Origin: Thermoanaerobaculia bacterium
GTDB lineage: Bacteria > Acidobacteriota > Thermoanaerobaculia > Multivoradales > JAGPDF01
Assembly: GCA_963712855.1 (NCBI GenBank)
Contig: CAVQJN010000002.1
Coordinates: 51,852-115,851, forward strand
DNA: 64,000 nt
Direction: 5' to 3'
Shown here: one piece after another, positions 56,570 to 64,000 of the stretch
Layout of the letters: the number at the start of each line of letters is the position of its first letter
How positions within the stretch are numbered: position 1 is the stretch's first letter
Program-made: the position numbers and the translations under genes
The notes under the pieces: model-generated
Database searches by the model: none
What the model was told of the DNA's origin: nothing
What the model saw: only the letters and a program-made list of their open reading frames with translations

Positions 56570-57886
56570 TCAGTTCGGCGGCTGTCCGCCCGGTGCCGGC
56601 TTCGCGACCGTGAGGCGCAAGCTGCGGATCCGGTTGCCCTGCACGTCGAGAACTTCGAGCTCGAGCGGGCCGACCCCGACCCGGTCCCCGACCCGCGGTC
56701 GCCGGCCGAGCTCCGAGAGGACGACGCCTCCGATCGTGTCCTCGTCGCGATCGGAGATCTCGAGCTCGAGCTCGTCTTCGAGATCGACCACCAGCATCGC
56801 GCCCGAGACCTGGTAGACGCCGTCCCCCTTGGCGACCAGCTCGGGTTTCTCGAAGTCGAATTCGTCCTGGATCGGCCCCACGATCTCCTCGATCACGTTC
56901 TCGAGGGTGACGATCCCGGCGACGCCGCCGTATTCGTCGATGACCGCGGCGAGATGCAGCCGCTCGGCGCGCATGCGGGCGAGCAGCATGTCGAGCGGTG
57001 TCGTCTCGGGCACGAATTGGACCGGCCGGGCGACGTTGGCGAGGTCCTCCGGCATGGTCGCGGCACGGAAGAGATCCTTGATGTGGACGATTCCGAGGAC
57101 CTTGTCGAGGTCCCCCTCGCAGAGCGGAAAGCGGGTGTGGCCGCTGGTGCGCGCCAGCTCGAGGTTCTGAGCGAGGCTGCGTTGGGTCGACAGGTAGACA
57201 ACGTCGGCGCGCGGCACCATGACCTGGCGCGCGACCCGCTCGGAGAGCTCGAGCACGTTCTCGAGCAGATCGCGCTTGTGGTCCGAGATGCGCACCGCGC
57301 GGCGCGAGGCGAGAAGCAGGCGCAGCTCGTCCTCGCTGTGCGGATGGGCGTGCTCGCTCGGTCCCGCGAAGCCCATCGCGCGCAACAAGCCGTTCGCGGC
57401 GCGGTGCATGACCCAGGTGACCGGCAGCGAGATCCGCGAAAAGAGGTAGAGAGGCACCGCGACCCAGGTCGAGGTGCCCTCGGGCCGGCGAATGGCGACC
57501 GACTTCGGCAGCAGCTCGCCGAAGACGATGTGGAACATGCTGACGATGACGAACGCTACCGCGAGGCTGATCGAGTGGACGAGGGTCTCGGTGGCGCCGG
57601 GAACGAGCAGGATCGCCGGCCGGAGGATCTCCGCCAGAGCCGGCTCGCCGACCCACCCGAGGCCGATCGAGGCCAGGGTGACGCCGAGCTGGGTGGTCGG
57701 CAGGTAGGCCTCGAGGTTGCGCAGCATGTGGGCGGCCAGCTTGGCGCGGCGCTCCCCCAGCCGCACCCGTGGCTCGAGCTGGGTGAGGCGCACCTTGGCG
57801 AGGGCGAACTCCGCGGCGACGAAGAAGCCGTTGACGGCGATCAGGACGATCGCCAGCACCACTCCGGCCCAGGGGCTGAGATTCAT
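56570..57886 (-). CDS. CNNM/CorC (HlyC-type) membrane protein with CBS and CorC domains
   Basis: NGFFVAAEFAL, QLGVT..SIGLGWVGEP, GELLPK, VMVPR, DEYGG..GIVTLEN.IEEIVG.I.DE. Confidence 0.93.
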   Translation of the reverse strand: MNLSPWAGVVLAIVLIAVNGFFVAAEFALAKVRLTQLEPRVRLGERRAKLAAHMLRNLEAYLPTTQLGVTLASIGLGWVGEPALAEILRPAILLVPGATETLVHSISLAVAFVIVSMFHIVFGELLPKSVAIRRPEGTSTWVAVPLYLFSRISLPVTWVMHRAANGLLRAMGFAGPSEHAHPHSEDELRLLLASRRAVRISDHKRDLLENVLELSERVARQVMVPRADVVYLSTQRSLAQNLELARTSGHTRFPLCEGDLDKVLGIVHIKDLFRAATMPEDLANVARPVQFVPETTPLDMLLARMRAERLHLAAVIDEYGGVAGIVTLENVIEEIVGPIQDEFDFEKPELVAKGDGVYQVSGAMLVVDLEDELELEISDRDEDTIGGVVLSELGRRPRVGDRVGVGPLELEVLDVQGNRIRSLRLTVAKPAPGGQPPN

Positions 57887-57975
57887 GATCGTGGAAGGGC
57901 CGCTCGGAGCGGCCGGCGTCTACCGGACATCGAAGGAACGCGCAGTCTATCGGATGGCGGCTCGGATGGCGGCGT

Positions 57976-60255
57976 TCAGCCGCCGAGCTGCGCGAGCGCT
58001 TGGCGGGCCTGGGCGATGTCGGCGCCGTACTTGTCGCGCGGAGCCCGTTCGACGAAGCTGCGCAGCGCCTGGCGGGCGGTGGCCCGGTCACCCGCGTGCG
58101 CGGCGACCAGTCCGAGGTTGAACAGCGCCTGGAACTGATTGGGATCGAGAGCGATGGTGTGCTTCCAGGCGTCGATGGCGGCGTGCGCCCCTTCGAGTTG
58201 GTAGAGCGCCACCCCGAGCGTGTTCCAGGCGTCCACCAGGTGGTCGTCGAGCTTGAGGGCGTGCTCGAGCTCGGCGCGCGCCTCCGGAGCGCGCTGCAGC
58301 CGCAGCAGCACGATTCCGAGCGCCTCGTGGAGCTTGGGCAGCTTGTCGTCGAGCGCCTGCGCCTGTTGGAGGGTCCGCAGGGCTCCCGCGTTGTCGCCGG
58401 AGTCGGACTGCGCCAAGCCGTAGGCCACCAGCGTCGGAGCTCCTCCGTCCTTCACGAAAGGAGAAAGGAGGTCCAGCGCCGCAGCCGGCTCGCCATGTTC
58501 GAGGTGCCCGAGCGCCAGCCGGTCCGCCATGCGCTCCGTCAAGCGGTCGGCTCGCCGCGCCTCCTCGACGATGCGATCCGCCTTGCTTTCCTCACCTTCG
58601 GCGACCGCGATCTGGAAGAGCAGATCGCCGGCCTCCTTGGGAAGAGCGCTGCGCACCGTCTCGGCCAGCTTTCTGGCGTCGTCGTAGTGCTTGAGCTGCA
58701 CTTGCTCCTCGGCGATCGTCACCGCGAGGTCCGTGCTGCCGCCCGACAGCTCGAGCGCCTGTTTGGCCGCCGCGACAGCCTCCTCGTCCTTCCCCTGCTT
58801 GTTCAGCGCGTGCCTGAGGAGCATCCACATGTCATACATCTTGGGATTCTGGGCCAAGACGGCGCGGAGGTTCTTCTCCGCGTCTCCCCACTTCTCGGCG
58901 CTGACGGCCTCGATCGCCTGCTCAATCGGGTGAAGCAGACTGCGTTGCGATCGGGGATCGGGCAACTTGGTCTCGGAGCTGTTGAGCGCCGGTCCCGAGA
59001 TGTAGCCGAGCGAGGCCAGCTTGGCTGCGGTCTCCGCGTCGACCGACTGCGGTGCGGCGAGGGGGCGATTGTCGCGCGCCACGACGGCGCGCAATCTCGC
59101 CAGCTCCCGCCGGTGATCCAGAAGGACGTTGTGCAGCTGAGCGGGATCCGTCGTGAGGTCGAAGAGCTCGGGCGTCGGTCCGTCGATGAGCGACCATTTC
59201 GCGTCGTAGGCTGCTTCGAGATCACTCCAGCCATAATGCAGGCGCGGGTAATAGGTCTCCGCGTAGATCTCGCGCGCGGGATCCGGCGCGGCGAAGAGCG
59301 AGCGACCGTCGAACTTCGCCTGATTGGCCACACCCGTGAGCGCGACCACGGTCGGAGCGACGTCGAGGAGGCCCACGGGATCAGCCTGGCGAGTGCCGGC
59401 GCGCGCCCGGCCGGGGAGTTTCACGATCATCGGAACGTGAAGCGTGCTGCGGTAGAGCATGACTCCGTGGTGACCTTCCCCGTGGTCTCCCAGACCCTCC
59501 CCATGATCGCCCACCAGCAGAATGAGCGCATGGTCATAGAGCCCCAGAGTCCGGAGATCGTCGAGAAAGGCGCCGACAGCCGCGTCGGCGGTGGCGATCT
59601 CGGCGTCGTAGGGGGAGTCGGGGTAGCGGCTCTTGAAGGGCTCAGCCGGGTTCCACGGGGTGTGTGGATCGTAGAGGTGGAGAAAAAGGAAGAAAGGTTT
59701 CTGCGTGTGTTGGCGGAGCCACGCCTCGGCGAGCTTCTCGGTCACGGCTCCCGGCCGCTGCGCGCTGTCGAGAGGCGCCCCCTTCTCCCAGTGGATGTCA
59801 CAGTCGTAGGTTTGGAAGCCCGAAGAGATTCCCGTGTCGGGGCGCAAGACGAAGGTAGAGACGAAGCCTGCAGTCGCGTAACCGGAAGCGGAGAGGATCT
59901 CGGGGAGGTCGGGATGTGCCTTGCCGTCGAAGCTGTAGCCGACGTTGTCTCGCACCCCATGGTGCGAGGGGAGCAAGCCGGACATCATGGTGGTGTGCGA
60001 AGGCAGAGTGAGCGGTACCTGGCTGTACGCGTTCTCGAACACGATCCCGTCCCGAGCCAGGCTGTCGATGGCGGGTGTCGCGACCTTGTTATAGCCCCAG
60101 GGTGGCAGGTGATCGGCGCGCAGGGTATCGATTGAGATCAGAATGACGGGAGCATCTCGGTAGGGGCCAAGGCGTCCTCCGCGGTGACACCCCGCGAGAA
60201 GGGAGCCGAGTGCGAGCGCCGCTCCGAGGGCCGACCGAATAGCTCGCTGCCTCAC
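57976..60255 (-). CDS. Sulfatase-like (Thr-type) hydrolase/transferase + TPR lipoprotein, copy 1
   Basis: Lipobox LAGC; ISIDTLRADH; LTLPSHTTMMSG; HLYDPH; GDHGEGLG.H; LASLGY..LPDP; C-terminal TPRs. GTG 60255 overlaps the upstream stop. Confidence 0.88.
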   Translation of the reverse strand: MRQRAIRSALGAALALGSLLAGCHRGGRLGPYRDAPVILISIDTLRADHLPPWGYNKVATPAIDSLARDGIVFENAYSQVPLTLPSHTTMMSGLLPSHHGVRDNVGYSFDGKAHPDLPEILSASGYATAGFVSTFVLRPDTGISSGFQTYDCDIHWEKGAPLDSAQRPGAVTEKLAEAWLRQHTQKPFFLFLHLYDPHTPWNPAEPFKSRYPDSPYDAEIATADAAVGAFLDDLRTLGLYDHALILLVGDHGEGLGDHGEGHHGVMLYRSTLHVPMIVKLPGRARAGTRQADPVGLLDVAPTVVALTGVANQAKFDGRSLFAAPDPAREIYAETYYPRLHYGWSDLEAAYDAKWSLIDGPTPELFDLTTDPAQLHNVLLDHRRELARLRAVVARDNRPLAAPQSVDAETAAKLASLGYISGPALNSSETKLPDPRSQRSLLHPIEQAIEAVSAEKWGDAEKNLRAVLAQNPKMYDMWMLLRHALNKQGKDEEAVAAAKQALELSGGSTDLAVTIAEEQVQLKHYDDARKLAETVRSALPKEAGDLLFQIAVAEGEESKADRIVEEARRADRLTERMADRLALGHLEHGEPAAALDLLSPFVKDGGAPTLVAYGLAQSDSGDNAGALRTLQQAQALDDKLPKLHEALGIVLLRLQRAPEARAELEHALKLDDHLVDAWNTLGVALYQLEGAHAAIDAWKHTIALDPNQFQALFNLGLVAAHAGDRATARQALRSFVERAPRDKYGADIAQARQALAQLGG

Positions 60256-62402
60256 CGAGAACCCTCGCGTCCGAGTTGGCTCAGCGCTGCCCGCGCCTTG
60301 GCGAGCTCCTCCCCGAAACGGTCCGGCGGGGCGCTGCCGACGAAGCGCTGGAACGCCTCTCGAGCGGTTCGTCGATCTCCGATGTTGGTGGCCACGAGGC
60401 CGAGATTGTAAAGCGAATCGTAGAGGGTGGGATCGAGATTCACCGCCTTCTTCCAAGCCTCGATTGCGGCCTTGGGCCCCTCGGTCCGATAGAGCGCCAC
60501 GCCGAGCGTGTTCCAGGCCGTGGCCAGGCGGGGGTTGAGGTCGAGGGCGCGGCGCAGCAGGTCGCGGGCACGCTCGGGTTGGCCGAGCCGCAGCTCGGCC
60601 GTCCCCTGAGCCTCGAGGATCCGCGGATCGGTGGGGGCGAGCTTCAGCGCCCGGTCGAGCACCGCGAGGGCCTGTTCCTGCTCGCCGCTGTCCGATAGCG
60701 CGGAGCCATAGACACGCAACGTATCGGGGTCGTCGTCGGCGGTGAGGGGGCGCAGCACCTCGACAGCTTGCCGGGCGCGCCCGAGCTCGGCCAGGGTCAT
60801 TCCGAGCTGGAGGGCGATGGAGTTCTTGGTCCGCGCCTTCGTCAATCCGTCGCGCAGGACCGCGACCGCCTCGTCGCCGCGCTCGAGCTGGCGCAGCGCG
60901 AGCGCCAGCTCTTCGTAGGCTTCGCCGAAATCGGGGTGACGCGCGATGAGGTCACGCGCCTTGCGGATCGATTCCTGATACCGCCCCTCCGAATAGAGCC
61001 CGATGAGGTCGTGCAGCTCGTGGTCGGCGTCGATCAGGCGCTTGGGGTCGTCCTCGGGGCCGTAGGTCGCCCGCGGCTCGGCCGTCCCGGTCACGTAGCC
61101 GAGACTGCGCAGCCGCATGGCCTCTTCGCTGGTCGGTTGATGACGGTCCACGGGCGGCCAGGTCCCCGCTGGAATCTCGCCGCGCAACGTCTTCGCCTCG
61201 GCGGCGTCGGTGGAGACCAGGTTGTTCTCCTCGTGCGGGTCCTTGGGCAGATCGTAGAGCTCGGGAATGGGAAGGTCGATGTACTTGTGGTCGTTCTGCA
61301 GCATGCCGCGCAGCGGCGCCCAGCCCCTGTTGAGCGCCGTCGAGAGCGCTTCGAAGTAGCTCGTCTCCCCGGGCGGCGGCGGATCGAGAAGGGAAGCTCC
61401 GGGGAGACGATGGGGCGGCCGGACGCCGAGGCGCTCGAGAATCGTCGGCACGATGTCGATGTGCCGGGCCGGCCGATCGTCCCGCCGCGCGGGCACGCCG
61501 GGACCCCAGAGAACGAGCGGCACGTGCAGGGTTGCCTCGTAGGCGAACAGACCGTGGGTCAGCTCGCCGTGCTCACCGAGCGATTCGCCATGGTCCGCGG
61601 TGACGACGATCAGCGCCGGCCTCTGCTTGCCGTCGAGATGAGGCTCCAGCAGCGGAGTGAGGAAGAAATCCACCGCCGCGACCTCGCCGAGGTAGAGATG
61701 CCCCCGGTAGCGGGTGTCGAAAGGCTCAGGTGGAGCGTAGGGAGCATGCGGGTCATAGACGTGCACCCACATGAAGCGCGGCTGGTCGGCATGTGCTTTC
61801 CACCAGGCGAGCGCCGACGAGACCACCACGTCGCCGCGGCGCTCGGGCATCACGAAACGTGCATCCTCGGTGCCGATCGGATAGGAGTCGTCGTAGACAT
61901 CGAAGCCGTGCGCGAGGCCGAAGCGGCGATCGAGGGGAAAGGCGCCCACGAACGCGCCGGTCGCGTAGCCGGCATCGTGCAGCATCGTCGCCAGAGTGGG
62001 CGTCGAGGGGTCGAGCGTGAACCCCGAGTTGTCGCGCACGCCATGCTGGAACGGATAGAGGCCGGTCAGGATGTTGGTGTGCGACGGCAGGGTCACGACG
62101 TTGTGGGCGTGGGCGTCGGTGAAGACGGTACCGGTGGCGGCGAGACGGTCGAGGGTCGGGGTCTTGACGATCGGGTTCCCGGTGAAGCCGAGGGCGTCGG
62201 CGCGCAGGGTGTCGATGGTCACGAGCAGGACATCCGGGCGAGCGGGCGAGCTCGGGCCGGGTTCCTTCGTGCGCGAGGCGGGCGCCGCTTGCGCGCTCGG
62301 CTCGGACGAGGAACGCGAGCATCCCGCGCCCAGCGCGAGGGCGAGCGCCCCGGCCGCCGCGAGGGACCGTCTCCAGCCGATGGGTCGTGGATCCATGCTC
62401 AC
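60252..62402 (-). CDS. Sulfatase-like (Thr-type) hydrolase/transferase + TPR lipoprotein, copy 2
   Basis: Lipobox GAGC; VTIDTLRAD; VTLPSHTNILTG; HVYDPH; ADHGESLGEH; LRSLGY..DPK; TPRs. Start is 62402 (GTG) or 62396 (ATG). Confidence 0.88.
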   Translation of the reverse strand: MSMDPRPIGWRRSLAAAGALALALGAGCSRSSSEPSAQAAPASRTKEPGPSSPARPDVLLVTIDTLRADALGFTGNPIVKTPTLDRLAATGTVFTDAHAHNVVTLPSHTNILTGLYPFQHGVRDNSGFTLDPSTPTLATMLHDAGYATGAFVGAFPLDRRFGLAHGFDVYDDSYPIGTEDARFVMPERRGDVVVSSALAWWKAHADQPRFMWVHVYDPHAPYAPPEPFDTRYRGHLYLGEVAAVDFFLTPLLEPHLDGKQRPALIVVTADHGESLGEHGELTHGLFAYEATLHVPLVLWGPGVPARRDDRPARHIDIVPTILERLGVRPPHRLPGASLLDPPPPGETSYFEALSTALNRGWAPLRGMLQNDHKYIDLPIPELYDLPKDPHEENNLVSTDAAEAKTLRGEIPAGTWPPVDRHQPTSEEAMRLRSLGYVTGTAEPRATYGPEDDPKRLIDADHELHDLIGLYSEGRYQESIRKARDLIARHPDFGEAYEELALALRQLERGDEAVAVLRDGLTKARTKNSIALQLGMTLAELGRARQAVEVLRPLTADDDPDTLRVYGSALSDSGEQEQALAVLDRALKLAPTDPRILEAQGTAELRLGQPERARDLLRRALDLNPRLATAWNTLGVALYRTEGPKAAIEAWKKAVNLDPTLYDSLYNLGLVATNIGDRRTAREAFQRFVGSAPPDRFGEELAKARAALSQLGREGSR

Positions 62403-64000
62403 AGCTTGGCGAGGGCGGGGTCGCCGGGGAATCTCTGACGCGCCCTCTCGAGCAGTCGTTGGGCCGTGGCGGGGTCGCCGAGCACCCGCATGCTGCGAAT
62501 CGCCGCGGCCACCGCCGCGGGCGAGTTCGGATTGTTGGCCAGCAGGGTCTCAAGCACGCGTCCCGCCTCGTCGGGATGCTCGGAGGCGACGAGGAGAGCA
62601 GCCAGGCGGGAGTAGGCGCGCGGGTCCCAGGGAAAGCGGTCGATCTCGGCGCGAAACGCCTGGACCGCGTCGTCGAGCCGTCCCTGACGCGCGAAGATGT
62701 CGCCGCGCGCCAGGTAGAGACCGGAATACTTGGGCTGCTCCGGCCCCAGGATCTTGAGCGCCTGATCGGTCATCGCGAGCGCCTCGTCGAGCCGTCCCTG
62801 GTCACGATAGACGTCGGCCAGGACCAGCATCGGCGAGACCTTCGTGCCGCCGGCCTCGATCGCCTGCTTGGCCTCGCGCTCGGCGGTGGCGTAGTCCTTC
62901 TTCTTCTCCGCCACGTTGGCGAGCAACGTGTGGGCCTGCGTCGGGCTCGCATCCACGGCCAGGTGGGCATACTGCGTCGCCTCGTCGAGCTTTCCCTGTT
63001 CCAGCAGGAGCGTTCCCATGGAGATCGCGAGATGGGGCGTACCGCCACTGAGCTCCATCGCCTTACGGTAGGCGGCGAGCCCCTGGTCGAGCTGGCCGAG
63101 CCGCGAGTAGGAGAGCCCGAGGAGATCCCACGCGTCCACCATCTTCGGGTTCTCCTCGCTCAGCGCCTTGGCCAGCTCGACGGCGCGCGCGAAGTCCTGC
63201 TTCGAGACCGCCTCGAGAGCCGCGCTGTAGTCGCGTAGTGAGTGGATCTTCGACTTGGGATCCGGCAAGGGTCCCTCGTCGGTCGACCCGCTGCTGCCGC
63301 CGAGATACCCGAGTGCCGACAACCTGGCGACCGTCTCGGCATCCTCGGCCATGGGCGTGTTGAGAGGCCGGGCGAGCTTGCGGTCGCTCTCGAGTAGGGA
63401 CGCGAACTCTCGGCGTTCGGACGAGCGGAGGTTGTCGTTCTCGCCCGGATCTTTCGCGAGGTCGTAGAGCTCGGAATCGGGTCCGAAAATGCCGTGATAG
63501 TCCCCGTCGATCACCGATGTCAGCTCGTTCCAACCGAGGTGGAGACGGGGATAGTAAGTCTCGGAGAAGATCGGCCGAGCTTCGCCCTCGGCGAGCGAGA
63601 AGACGGACTGTCCGGCCAGCCCCGGAGGCGTCGGCAACCCGACCAGGCCGGTGATCGTAGGGAAGAGGTCGACCAGCTCGACGGGTGTCGACACGCGTTG
63701 GCCTCCCCGCGCGCCGCCGGGCAGCTTGATCATGAACGGCACCTGGAGCGCGTCGCGGTAGAGCAGGATGCCGTGCTCGGGCTCACCGTGCTCGCCGAGC
63801 CCCTCGCCGTGATCGGAGACCAGCGCCACGATGGCCTTGTCCCAGACTCCGATCTTCCGGAGCTCGGACTCGAGATCTCCGAAGCAGCGGTCGGCGGCCG
63901 CGATCTCGCCGTCGTAAGGGTTGTTGAAACGCGCCCGAAGGTCGGCCGGCGGGTCGTAGGGCGAATGGGGCTCGTAGAAGTGGATGAAGAAGAAGAACGG
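62399..64000 (-). CDS. Sulfatase-like hydrolase/transferase + TPR protein, copy 3 (5' end outside the window)
   Basis: Frame is open to the window edge: FFFIHFYEPHSPY, YDGEI, SDHGEGLGEH, LSALGY..LPDPK, TPRs. Confidence 0.85.
   Translation of the reverse strand, partial: PFFFFIHFYEPHSPYDPPADLRARFNNPYDGEIAAADRCFGDLESELRKIGVWDKAIVALVSDHGEGLGEHGEPEHGILLYRDALQVPFMIKLPGGARGGQRVSTPVELVDLFPTITGLVGLPTPPGLAGQSVFSLAEGEARPIFSETYYPRLHLGWNELTSVIDGDYHGIFGPDSELYDLAKDPGENDNLRSSERREFASLLESDRKLARPLNTPMAEDAETVARLSALGYLGGSSGSTDEGPLPDPKSKIHSLRDYSAALEAVSKQDFARAVELAKALSEENPKMVDAWDLLGLSYSRLGQLDQGLAAYRKAMELSGGTPHLAISMGTLLLEQGKLDEATQYAHLAVDASPTQAHTLLANVAEKKKDYATAEREAKQAIEAGGTKVSPMLVLADVYRDQGRLDEALAMTDQALKILGPEQPKYSGLYLARGDIFARQGRLDDAVQAFRAEIDRFPWDPRAYSRLAALLVASEHPDEAGRVLETLLANNPNSPAAVAAAIRSMRVLGDPATAQRLLERARQRFPGDPALAKL

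Overview
High-GC (roughly 70% by eye) bacterial core-genome window. Gene content and style suggest an Acidobacteriota (Thermoanaerobaculia-like) genome, but this is an inference. In order, the window holds: mfd and two exported PpiC/SurA-type foldases; a dcw cluster (mraZ-rsmH-ftsL-ftsI-murE-mraY-murD-ftsW-murG-murC-ftsQ-ftsA-ftsZ) that lacks murF, murB and ddl; a VanZ/MgtC/CoA-transferase block; an aminotransferase; a Thr-type 'sulfatase' with a cupin and a GT2; thiC under a TPP riboswitch; tyrS; dapF with an LptM-like FN3 lipoprotein; hslUV; a GT-C/ATP-grasp/PAS-kinase block; xerC-trmFO; a System I* cytochrome c maturation operon (including a ccmD missed by the ORF track); a HEAT-cyclophilin lipoprotein; an ECF sigma/ZAS anti-sigma/beta-helix membrane protein operon; hbd; a zinc-ribbon TPR protein; proS; a CNNM/CorC protein; and three tandem 'sulfatase'-TPR genes. 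I found no rRNA, tRNA, CRISPR array or mobile element. The strongest unexplained signals are three. (1) All five reading-frame breaks (murE, mraY, thiC, tyrS, proS) sit directly 3' of GAGCT on the + strand, which points to motif-linked sequencing error and so to a probable host DNA modification at AGCT/GAGCT. (2) The paralogous Thr-type alkaline-phosphatase-superfamily/TPR proteins lack the residue needed to be formylglycine sulfatases. (3) Many genes have -10 boxes only 6-7 nt before the start codon, suggesting leaderless transcripts.
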